Source: Candidatus Woesearchaeota archaeon
GTDB taxonomy: Archaea; Nanobdellota; Nanobdellia; Pacearchaeales; GW2011-AR1
DNA length: 43,252 nt
Reading direction: 5' to 3'
NCBI GenBank assembly: GCA_964530285.1
Contig: CAZGZN010000001.1
Coordinates: 1-43,252, forward strand
Shown: piece after piece, positions 26,745-33,292 of the stretch
Numbering within the stretch: the first letter of the stretch is position 1
Layout: the number at the start of each line of letters is the position of its first letter
Notes under the pieces: generated by a model
Database searches by the model: none
What the model was told of the DNA's origin: nothing
What the model saw: the letters and a program-made list of their open reading frames with translations, nothing else
Program-made: the position numbers and the translations under genes

Positions 26745-27557
26745 ATGCCAAGAAGAAAACAAGAAGAATCCGAAGAGAATATAACTATTTCCTCAAAGAA
26801 GAAAGAGTTAAAAGTCGAGGAGTCTTTAGATACTAAAGAACAAACAGGACTTACACCTATAGAAGATTATATCAAAACTGCTGCATATTTAGGAACAAAG
26901 GTTGTAACTCCTACAATGAGAAAATATATCTACAGAAGAAGACTAGATGGATTAGCAATTTTAAATACCCTTCTTGTAGATAAAAAACTTAAAGATGCAT
27001 TAGATTTCGTCGTTAAATTCAAACCAGAAGAGTGGATTCTAGTTTGCAAAAGAGAAGCAGGTTGGAGAGCCGCTCAAATGTTTTCAGAACTTACAGGAGT
27101 AAAGTTATTTACAAAGAAGTATCCTTCAGGTATTTTAACAAACACAAACCTATCTAATTTTCTTGAGACAAAGATGATCTTTATTTGCGATCCTTGGATA
27201 GACAAAAATGCATTAACTGATGCAAAAAAGATTAGAGTTCCTGTTGTAGGGATATGTAATACAAACAACAATACTGCAGACATAGACTATGTAATTATAG
27301 GAAACAACCATAGTAATAAATCCTTGGGACTTTTCTTTTGGCTCTTATCTAAAGAGTATCTTAAGGCCCATAAAATAAAGAAGAATCTTCCAACACTAGA
27401 AGACTTCGCAGGAGAGAAATTAATACTAGAAGAACCAAAGAAGAAAAAGAAAGAAGAATTGAAAGAAGAAAAATTAAAAGCTGAAGAAGAATTAATCGAA
27501 AAGAAATTTAAAAAGATTGCACAAGAGGAGGGAGCCGGGGCAGAACAAGGAGTTTGA
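26745..27557 (+). CDS. rps2: Ribosomal protein uS2 with N-terminal extension and K/E-rich tail
   Basis: YLGTKVVTPTMRKYIYRRRLDGLAILNT and VPVVGICNTNN match the S2 core. The C-terminus is EEPKKKKKEELKEEKLKAEEE. Confidence 0.85.
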   Translation: MPRRKQEESEENITISSKKKELKVEESLDTKEQTGLTPIEDYIKTAAYLGTKVVTPTMRKYIYRRRLDGLAILNTLLVDKKLKDALDFVVKFKPEEWILVCKREAGWRAAQMFSELTGVKLFTKKYPSGILTNTNLSNFLETKMIFICDPWIDKNALTDAKKIRVPVVGICNTNNNTADIDYVIIGNNHSNKSLGLFFWLLSKEYLKAHKIKKNLPTLEDFAGEKLILEEPKKKKKEELKEEKLKAEEELIEKKFKKIAQEEGAGAEQGV

Positions 27558-27571
27558 TTTTTTCAAAAACC

Positions 27572-27584
27572 AAAGATTTATAAA
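27572..27584 (+). promoter_or_regulatory. BRE/TATA-like promoter AAAGATTTATAAA of the L7Ae operon
   Basis: Exact consensus. ATG 27651 is 66 nt downstream, so a ~40-45-nt leader is predicted. Confidence 0.5.
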
Positions 27585-27605
27585 TCAAACTTTCAAGTTC
27601 ATTAT

Positions 27606-27646
27606 ACCGATGACCGAGGAGCGAGGTTCGTTCTATCGGATTGATT
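27606..27646 (+). promoter_or_regulatory. GC-rich structured leader with box C/D-like (K-turn-like) GAUGA...UUGA pairing, upstream of L7Ae
   Basis: ACC-GAUGA-CCGA-g-GAGCGA-ggu-UCGUUC-ua-UCGG-a-UUGA. Possible pairs are G9:A44, A10:G43, U11:U42 and G12:U41, followed by CCGA/UCGG and GAGCGA/UCGUUC helices. The canonical stem is weak. Confidence 0.35.
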
Positions 27647-27650
27647 AAAA

Positions 27651-27950
27651 ATGACACAAAAAATATACGAATTTGTAGAGAAAGCTGCTAAGACTGGAAA
27701 AATTGATAGAGGAATAAATGAGGTTACAAAATCATTAGAAAGAGGAGTTGCTAAAGCTGTAGTTATTGCTTCAGATGTATCCCCAAAAGAATTGACACAA
27801 CACCTACCAATTTTAGCAAAAGAAAAAAATATTAAATTTTTCGAAGTAGAATCAAAAGAAAAGTTAGGTATCTCTTCAGGAATTTCAGTTTCTACAGGAG
27901 CTGTCGCAATCATAAATGAAGGCGAGGCTAATTTAGCTTCATTGAATTAA
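27651..27950 (+). CDS. rpl7ae: Ribosomal protein L7Ae (eL8 family, K-turn binder)
   Basis: [52 protein letters not shown]. Confidence 0.9.
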   Translation: MTQKIYEFVEKAAKTGKIDRGINEVTKSLERGVAKAVVIASDVSPKELTQHLPILAKEKNIKFFEVESKEKLGISSGISVSTGAVAIINEGEANLASLN

Positions 27951-27951
27951 T

Positions 27952-28248
27952 ATGGCAAAAGAGCAGAAAGTGCAACAGAAGGAGAGTTCTGCCACAAAGG
28001 GTTCTGATAAAATAATGGAAACATCTGGTGCTGTTCCAGCTGTTGTTGAAGCAATTTTAGGTAGGACTGGAATGAGAGGAGAACTAACACAAGTTAAATG
28101 TAGAGTTTTACAAGGAAGAAACATGGGAAAACAATTAAGAAGAAATGTTAAAGGACCTATCAAGAAAAGAGATATTCTTATGCTTAGAGAAACAGAAATT
28201 GAAGCTAGAAAATTAATGAAACGTATTTCAAAGGGGGCTTTTAGTTAA
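27952..28248 (+). CDS. rps28e: Ribosomal protein eS28
   Basis: [49 protein letters not shown]. The internal ATG at 28015 would give the usual ~77 aa. Confidence 0.85.
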   Translation: MAKEQKVQQKESSATKGSDKIMETSGAVPAVVEAILGRTGMRGELTQVKCRVLQGRNMGKQLRRNVKGPIKKRDILMLRETEIEARKLMKRISKGAFS

Positions 28249-28249
28249 A

Positions 28250-28438
28250 ATGCCTGTTTGTTCATTTTGCAAAGATAATTATGAATTTCCAAAGGGAACT
28301 AGTGTGGTTCAGAAAGATGGAACAGTTAGATACTATTGTTCTTCTAAATGTCGAAAGAATTCAGAGATGGGAAGAGATAATCGAAAAGTGAAGTGGGTTA
28401 AAAAAAGAAAAGTTATTCTTGTTAAAGGTTCTAAATAA
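28250..28438 (+). CDS. rpl24e: Ribosomal protein eL24
   Basis: CSFCKDNYEFPKGTSVVQKDGTVRYYCSSKCRKN, in the conserved L7Ae-S28e-L24e order. Confidence 0.88.
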   Translation: MPVCSFCKDNYEFPKGTSVVQKDGTVRYYCSSKCRKNSEMGRDNRKVKWVKKRKVILVKGSK

Positions 28439-28447
28439 TTGTAAAAA

Positions 28448-28577
28448 CGTGAGTACAAATTATAAAAATAATTAGTTTTATCCTCACGAAAAATATTTTA
28501 TTGAATATGAAAAAACGGAGCGAATAACTTAAATAAATTAATCTAAATCTCCGAAAAATATTTTTTATTGAATGTGA
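28448..28577. repeat. Two tandem ~62-nt units (period 68 nt): hairpin plus conserved tail CGAAAAATATTTT(TT)ATTGAAT(A/G)TGA
   Basis: Unit 1 (28448-28510) has stem CGTGAG/CTCACG. Unit 2 (28516-28577) has stem CGGAG/CTCCG. On the minus strand each hairpin is followed by T5-T6. Confidence 0.6.
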
Positions 28578-28587
28578 TTCTTTTTAG

Positions 28588-28675
28588 AAAAAGTGTATCG
28601 CTAACCCTAGAAAGGGCTCATAGAGCAAAACAATTAGTGAGCTCTATTCGCCCCTTCTGGGAAAAAAGAGGTGAT
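28588..28675 (-). ncRNA. Candidate structured small RNA (minus strand)
   Basis: 57-nt hairpin at 28605-28661. On the minus strand it reads CCC-a-GAAGGGGC-GA-AUAGAGC-loop14-GCUCUAU-GA-GCCCUUUC-ua-GGG (G:U and tandem GA only on this strand). Consensus promoter lies upstream and a T5 run (28588-28592) downstream. No ORF. Confidence 0.35.
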
Positions 28676-28696
28676 AAATATTACAATAAAAGGGAC

Positions 28697-28709
28697 TATT
28701 TAAATCTTT
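28697..28709 (-). promoter_or_regulatory. BRE/TATA-like motif AAAGATTTAAATA on the minus strand, with no ORF downstream
   Basis: Reverse complement of TATTTAAATCTTT. No ATG at the usual 20-24 nt spacing. Points into the hairpin at 28661-28605. Confidence 0.4.
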
Positions 28710-28720
28710 CGGTTGTTGTA

Positions 28721-28737
28721 ATTTGTCAGTGACAAAT
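28721..28737. promoter_or_regulatory. Perfect palindrome ATTTGTC-agt-GACAAAT between divergent promoter motifs
   Basis: 7-bp arms with a 3-nt spacer, lying between the minus-strand motif (28697-28709) and the gatC TATA (28761-28773). An operator role is speculative. Confidence 0.3.
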
Positions 28738-28760
28738 GACCTTTTTAAAGAGTTTTGCAA

Positions 28761-28773
28761 AACCTTATAAAAT
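28761..28773 (+). promoter_or_regulatory. TATA-like AACCTTATAAAAT upstream of gatC
   Basis: CTTATAAAA ends 20 nt upstream of ATG 28793. Confidence 0.5.
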
Positions 28774-28792
28774 AGATTAGTAAATCTATACC

Positions 28793-29035
28793 ATGGGAAA
28801 GATCTCAGAACAAGAAAAAGAACTCATAAAGGAAGAATCTAGAAAATTCCTAAAGGATTTTAGTCGCAAACTAGAAAACCTAAAGCAAGAGTTGAGTGAT
28901 TCATTTGAGAGCCAAAGCGGAAGAAAGGAGTTTGAGGGATGGAATCCAGATAAAGAATTCAAAAGAGCAATATTACAAAATGCTCCTTTTGTTGAGAAAG
29001 ATCTTATTATCGCAGAAAGAGGAGGATGGAAATGA
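28793..29035 (+). CDS. gatC: GatC-like amidotransferase subunit C
   Basis: 80 aa. The C-terminus ..NPDKEFKRAILQNAPFVEKDLIIAE fits the GatC pattern (..L.NAP..E..). Lies in an operon with gatA. Confidence 0.5.
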   Translation: MGKISEQEKELIKEESRKFLKDFSRKLENLKQELSDSFESQSGRKEFEGWNPDKEFKRAILQNAPFVEKDLIIAERGGWK

Positions 29036-29877
29036 TCGCCCAAAACCAAGAAACAATAGATAAAAAAATTAGAGAATTTGCAACGGATGGAAAAGAAAAA
29101 CTTCATGTGATTACTGATTTTGACAGAACAATGACTTCCCCCCTAGTTAAAGGAATAAAAATTCCATCTGTAATTTCCATACTAAGAGACAAAGATTATT
29201 TGAGCTCAGAGTATTCTATAGAAGCAACAACACTAGCAAAACATTATGGAGCCATAGAAAGAAGCCCCAACATTTCCGAACAAGAAAAAAAGAAAGCAAT
29301 GCAAGAATGGTGGGAAAAACATTTCGAATTGTTGCAAAGAAGTGGTTTAAACAGAGAACTTTTAAAGAGAATAGTTAATGAAGGAGGAATAGTATTTAGA
29401 GAAGGAGTCTTCAATTTTTTAGATTATCTAAATCAACAAAATATTCCCCTAGTTATTCTTTCTTCTAATGATGTTGGAGATACAATTGAGATGCTTTTGA
29501 AGAAAGAAAAAAGACTTTATAGTAATATTTATGTAATTACAAACCGATTTGAATATAATGAAAAAGACGAATCAGTGATAGGAGTTCAAAGACCAATAAT
29601 TCATGTAATGAATAAAGATGAAACTTCTGTGAGAAATTTTCCTTCAATTTATAAAGCAATAAAAAACAGGAAAAATGTTCTTTTATTGGGAGATAGTTTA
29701 GGAGATTTAGGAATGGTAAATGGATTTGATTATCACAACCTATTGAGTATTGGTTTCCTAGAAGAGGAGGATTTAAACAAAAAACAAAGATATTTAGACT
29801 CTTTTGATGGCGTTCTAGAAAACAATGCCTCTTTTAGAGAAATAAATAAAATTTTAATGGAAATTGTAGAAAAATGA
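29032..29877 (+). CDS. HAD-superfamily 5'-nucleotidase of the cytosolic nucleotidase III (UMPH-1/NT5C3) type
   Basis: Motif I HVITDFDRTMT and motif IV VLLLGDSLGDLGMVNG (compare NT5C3 LLGDSQGDLRMADG). ATGA overlap with the gatC stop, with GGAGGA 5 nt upstream (the track start is 29026). ATGA overlap with the gatA start. Confidence 0.7.
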   Translation: MIAQNQETIDKKIREFATDGKEKLHVITDFDRTMTSPLVKGIKIPSVISILRDKDYLSSEYSIEATTLAKHYGAIERSPNISEQEKKKAMQEWWEKHFELLQRSGLNRELLKRIVNEGGIVFREGVFNFLDYLNQQNIPLVILSSNDVGDTIEMLLKKEKRLYSNIYVITNRFEYNEKDESVIGVQRPIIHVMNKDETSVRNFPSIYKAIKNRKNVLLLGDSLGDLGMVNGFDYHNLLSIGFLEEEDLNKKQRYLDSFDGVLENNASFREINKILMEIVEK

Positions 29878-31211
29878 TAACAATTCGAGAAAAAGTAGAT
29901 TTCATAAAGTCTGGAAAATTAAAAGCGAGAGATAATCTTATTTATTTTATTCAAAACATAGACAAAAAGAACAAAGAACTTAACATATTTCTTTCATTCA
30001 ATGAGGAATCATTAAAACAAGCAGAAGAAATAGACATGAGAATTGAAAAAGGAGAAGATGTGGGAAAACTTGCAGGAATTTGCGTCGCAATTAAATCAAA
30101 TATCTGTGTTAAAGAACTAGAAATCAATTGTGCCTCTGAAACTTTAAAAGATTGGATTTCCCCATATGATGCCACGGTTATAAAAAAATTAAAAGAACAA
30201 GATGCAATAATCATCGGAATGGTAAATATGGACGAATTTGCTTGTGGTGCTTCTGGAGAAACCTCTGCCTTTGGACCCACAAAAAATCCAAGAAATCCCC
30301 TGTTAATTCCTGGAGGGAGTAGTTCTGGTTCTGCCGCAGCAGTTGCAGCAGAATTTTGTGATTTTGCACTAGGAAGTGATACAGGAGGAAGTATTAGAAA
30401 TCCTGCTTCCCATTGCGGAATCGTAGGACTTAAACCAACATATGGTGCAGTTTCAAGATACGGCCTAATCGATATGTGTATGAGCTTCGACCAAATTGGT
30501 CCACTAACAAAGAATTTAGAAGATTCGGAATATGTATTTAACATTATTAGGGGACAAGATAACTTCGATACAACAACAAAAGAAATAATTGAAAAAGAAT
30601 TAGACACAAAAAAAGTAAAAGTGGGTATTGTAAATGTAAAAAATTTTGCAACAGAAGAAATAAAAGATTTGTTCAAAAAAAAGATAGATAAAATTAAAGA
30701 AATCAATTCAAATTGGGAAATAAAAGAGATTGAACTTCCGTTAGATATTGCACTCGAAACCTATTATCTTTTAGTTTATGTAGAATTCTTTTCAGCCACA
30801 AGAAAATTTGACGGAAGAAGATTTGGGAAAAAAATTGAAGACGTTTGTGGAAAAGAAGTTTTAAGAAGAATTTTTGGAGGCCAAGAAGTTACACAAGCAG
30901 AATATGAAGGAAAATATTATCGAAATGCACTTAAAGCAAGAGAGTTTATTAAAAAGAAATTTGAAGAAATATTCAAGCAAGTTGATGTGATTCTTCTTCC
31001 AACAGTTCCAAGAACTGCTCATAAAATTAGAGAAACTATTTCAACTGAAGAAATGTACGCCTATGATGTATTCACCTGCCCAGTAAATATTTCAGGAATT
31101 CCAGGAATTTCAATTCCGCTTGGAGAAATAGATTCAAGACATGTAGGAATGCAAATTCTTGCTCCTTCTTTTTGTGAGAACTGGATTTTTGAAGTTGGTA
31201 AAAGAATCTAA
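29874..31211 (+). CDS. gatA: Amidase-family amidotransferase subunit A (GatA)
   Basis: Amidase signature GGSSSGSAAAVAA..GSDTGGSIRNPAS. 445 aa. Confidence 0.85.
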   Translation: MITIREKVDFIKSGKLKARDNLIYFIQNIDKKNKELNIFLSFNEESLKQAEEIDMRIEKGEDVGKLAGICVAIKSNICVKELEINCASETLKDWISPYDATVIKKLKEQDAIIIGMVNMDEFACGASGETSAFGPTKNPRNPLLIPGGSSSGSAAAVAAEFCDFALGSDTGGSIRNPASHCGIVGLKPTYGAVSRYGLIDMCMSFDQIGPLTKNLEDSEYVFNIIRGQDNFDTTTKEIIEKELDTKKVKVGIVNVKNFATEEIKDLFKKKIDKIKEINSNWEIKEIELPLDIALETYYLLVYVEFFSATRKFDGRRFGKKIEDVCGKEVLRRIFGGQEVTQAEYEGKYYRNALKAREFIKKKFEEIFKQVDVILLPTVPRTAHKIRETISTEEMYAYDVFTCPVNISGIPGISIPLGEIDSRHVGMQILAPSFCENWIFEVGKRI

Positions 31212-31247
31212 AGAAAAGCGATTTAAATTTAAGAAAAGAAGAGATAG

Positions 31248-31604
31248 TTATATCCCAAAACCTATCAATAAATGAAGGTAATCTAATAGGAAATTTAAGA
31301 CAGCGCCAAATGAAATCCATCCTATAAATTCTAATTTTTTATTTTTAGCAAATATCAAACTAAACAAAATTAAAAAGAATCCTACAAAAAACCAGTTATG
31401 CAATGGATAAAAACCAAAGCTACATTGCATTCCAGCCTGGGGACAAGCAGATTCGAACCAACCAATCTTTCCTATAACTCTGTAATAAAGATGATCCAAA
31501 TCAACAAGATTACCAAGAATTAATCCATAAAGCATAATCTTGTTTCTATAAAAATAAAAAATCACTAAAGGGAGGATGTAATGAAGCAAAAACATTTTAT
31601 TCAC
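31248..31604 (-). CDS. Small integral membrane protein
   Basis: 3-4 hydrophobic segments and LVDLDHLYYR. The GTG start lies 21 nt downstream of the minus-strand TTTTTATATT. Confidence 0.5.
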   Translation of the reverse strand: MNKMFLLHYILPLVIFYFYRNKIMLYGLILGNLVDLDHLYYRVIGKIGWFESACPQAGMQCSFGFYPLHNWFFVGFFLILFSLIFAKNKKLEFIGWISFGAVLNFLLDYLHLLIGFGI

Positions 31605-31721
31605 CTTTAAAATAAATGCGATTAGAATATAAAAACCTATGTTATTTTCTTCTACATCAAAAAGAGTCTAAATTTAGATTAAATAACTTAAAAATAGGAT
31701 GTAAAAGTCTTAATCTTTTGT

Positions 31722-31928
31722 TTAATCTTCCTCACAATCATCCACAGTAACAGAATCTAGGTTATCATAATATTCTTTATTCTTTTTACTACATTCCTCA
31801 CAGTATTTTCTAGCAAATCTTGCAGTTTGCTTAACTTCGAATTCCTTCCCACACATCTTACATTTAATCCTTTTTGGTTTAACCTCAAAAACAAATTCTT
31901 TTCTTTCTTCTTTTATTCTTCTCGCCAT
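31722..31928 (-). CDS. Small zinc-ribbon protein with acidic tail
   Basis: CKMCGKEF...YCEECSKK (2x CxxC). Confidence 0.5.
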   Translation of the reverse strand: MARRIKEERKEFVFEVKPKRIKCKMCGKEFEVKQTARFARKYCEECSKKNKEYYDNLDSVTVDDCEED

Positions 31929-31971
31929 AGATACATAGAGAAATAGTTATTTAAAAACATTTAGCTATCAA

Positions 31972-32289
31972 TCAAACCCTTGTTTCAATCCACTCTCGAA
32001 CCATCTCTTCGGATTTTAATCCCAAAAATTCATCCTCTACTTCACCATTCTTAAATAGTTTAACACATGGAATCGACATTATTTCATACTTTTCAGCCAT
32101 CTCTCTATTTTCGTCTACATTAAGTTTTAAAATCTTAACCTTGCCCTCGTATTCAACAGCTAACTTCTCCATTAAAGGTTTAAGCATCTGGCAAGGACCA
32201 CACCACGGAGCCCAAAAGTCAACTAAAACAGGCATTTCTTTAGATGCCTCAATAACATTCTCTTCAAAATTTGAATCTTTAACTTCCAT
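31972..32289 (-). CDS. trxA: Thioredoxin
   Basis: VLVDFWAPWCGPCQMLKP. ATG 32289 (105 aa) was chosen because the 158-aa track ORF would overlap cbf5 and its promoter. Confidence 0.88.
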   Translation of the reverse strand: MEVKDSNFEENVIEASKEMPVLVDFWAPWCGPCQMLKPLMEKLAVEYEGKVKILKLNVDENREMAEKYEIMSIPCVKLFKNGEVEDEFLGLKSEEMVREWIETRV

Positions 32290-32305
32290 GAAAATTTTAA
32301 CAAAC

Positions 32306-32322
32306 AAGACTTTATAAATCTT
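32306..32322. promoter_or_regulatory. Shared near-palindromic BRE/TATA element AAGACTTTATAAATCTT for divergent trxA and cbf5
   Basis: TTTATAAA (32311-32318) lies 21 nt from ATG 32289 (minus strand) and 23 nt from ATG 32342 (plus strand). The minus-strand reading is AAGATTTATAAAG. Confidence 0.55.
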
Positions 32323-32341
32323 AGTGAACTCTGTTAATAAT

Positions 32342-33169
32342 ATGGAAAGAATAAAAAAACTTTTATCTTTTGGAATAATACCTATAGATAAACCTACAGG
32401 GCCGACGAGTTTTACAATAACTGATTTTGTAAGAAAGGAATTAAACATAAATAAAACAAGTCACTTTGGAACTCTAGACCCAAAAGTTACAGGAGTTTTA
32501 CCCATTGCACTAGGAAGAGCTTGCCGACTTGCAAATCTTTTTCTTGGAGAAAACAAGACATATGTAGGAATAATCAGAGTTCATAAAGAAATTTCTATAG
32601 AAGAACTACAAAAAATTATCAACCAGAAATTTATAGGTAAAATAAAACAATTACCTCCTAGAAAGTCTAGTGTAAAGAGGGCTATAAGAGAAAGAGAAAT
32701 TGTTAGTTTTGAAATCTTAGAAAAACAAGAAAAAAACTTTCTCTTTCAGACAGAAGTGCAAGGAGGAACATATATTAGGAAACTATGTTCGGACCTTGGA
32801 GAGTTCACAGAGGGAGCCCACATGTTAGAATTAAGAAGAACAAGGGCAGGAATATTCACAGAACAACAAACAGTTACACTCTACGAATTTGAAAAAGCAA
32901 TAAAAGAATACAGAAAAGGGAATTCAGAATTTCTCGAAAGGATGATTATCTCTGCAGAAAAAGCAATAAAAGAAGTTGTAGAATCTGTAGAATTAAAAGA
33001 AGGATCATTAAACAAGATTTTAACGGGAAAACCAATATTAAAAGAAGACCTTCAAACAACCCCTAAAGAAGACACCTTTGCGATATTTCTTAAGGAGAGA
33101 TTTATAGAAATAGCAAGAAAAACCGATGAGAGAGATTTTTTCGCTAGACCAAGTTTTGTGCTAAATTAA
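32342..33169 (+). CDS. cbf5: tRNA/rRNA pseudouridine synthase Cbf5 (TruB family) with PUA domain
   Basis: IPIDKPTGPTSF and HFGTLDPKVTGVLPIALGRACRL (catalytic Asp). The C-terminal region is PUA-like. Confidence 0.9.
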   Translation: MERIKKLLSFGIIPIDKPTGPTSFTITDFVRKELNINKTSHFGTLDPKVTGVLPIALGRACRLANLFLGENKTYVGIIRVHKEISIEELQKIINQKFIGKIKQLPPRKSSVKRAIREREIVSFEILEKQEKNFLFQTEVQGGTYIRKLCSDLGEFTEGAHMLELRRTRAGIFTEQQTVTLYEFEKAIKEYRKGNSEFLERMIISAEKAIKEVVESVELKEGSLNKILTGKPILKEDLQTTPKEDTFAIFLKERFIEIARKTDERDFFARPSFVLN

Positions 33170-33258
33170 TTGTAGTTTAAATAAACAAGAAGTATTAAAT
33201 TCCTCAAGATTTCCATTACATTGATAGTCTAACCCCAAAACTATACTTCCGTGACTAC

Positions 33259-33273
33259 AAAATCTTATAAAAG
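33259..33273 (+). promoter_or_regulatory. TATA-like AAAATCTTATAAAAG upstream of mcm
   Basis: CTTATAAAA ends 20 nt upstream of ATG 33293. Confidence 0.5.
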
Positions 33274-33292
33274 CGATTAAATTAGATAAAAT

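Noticed and set aside
27415-27545. K/E-rich repetitive stretch at the end of the S2 gene, considered as a DNA repeat or separate element
   Set aside because: It stays in frame with uS2 and is a simple low-complexity charged tail (AAG/GAA codon runs). There is no independent repeat structure.
28448-28577. Possible CRISPR array, or a CRISPR-like repeat, in the L24e-gatC spacer
   Set aside because: There are only two units, the repeated parts are not identical, the supposed spacers are not unique insertions between conserved repeats, and there are no cas genes. It is better described as tandem hairpin units.
29951-30706. 251-aa ORF on the minus strand, the longest overlapping ORF in the track
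   Set aside because: It is entirely antisense to gatA, whose amidase signature is unambiguous. Its F/S/I/L-rich composition is what the reverse complement of K/E/G-rich codons produces. It has no TATA or SD context and no recognisable motif.
32290-32448. N-terminal 53-aa extension of thioredoxin in the 158-aa track ORF
   Set aside because: The extension would overlap the cbf5 coding region and the shared promoter. The thioredoxin fold begins at MEVKDSNF.., and ATG 32289 has the canonical 21-nt spacing from the TATA.
33170-33292. Replication origin next to mcm
   Set aside because: There are no repeated ORB-like elements, no long AT-only unwinding stretch beyond background, and no adjacent orc1/cdc6 gene. 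The spacer is explained by a promoter.
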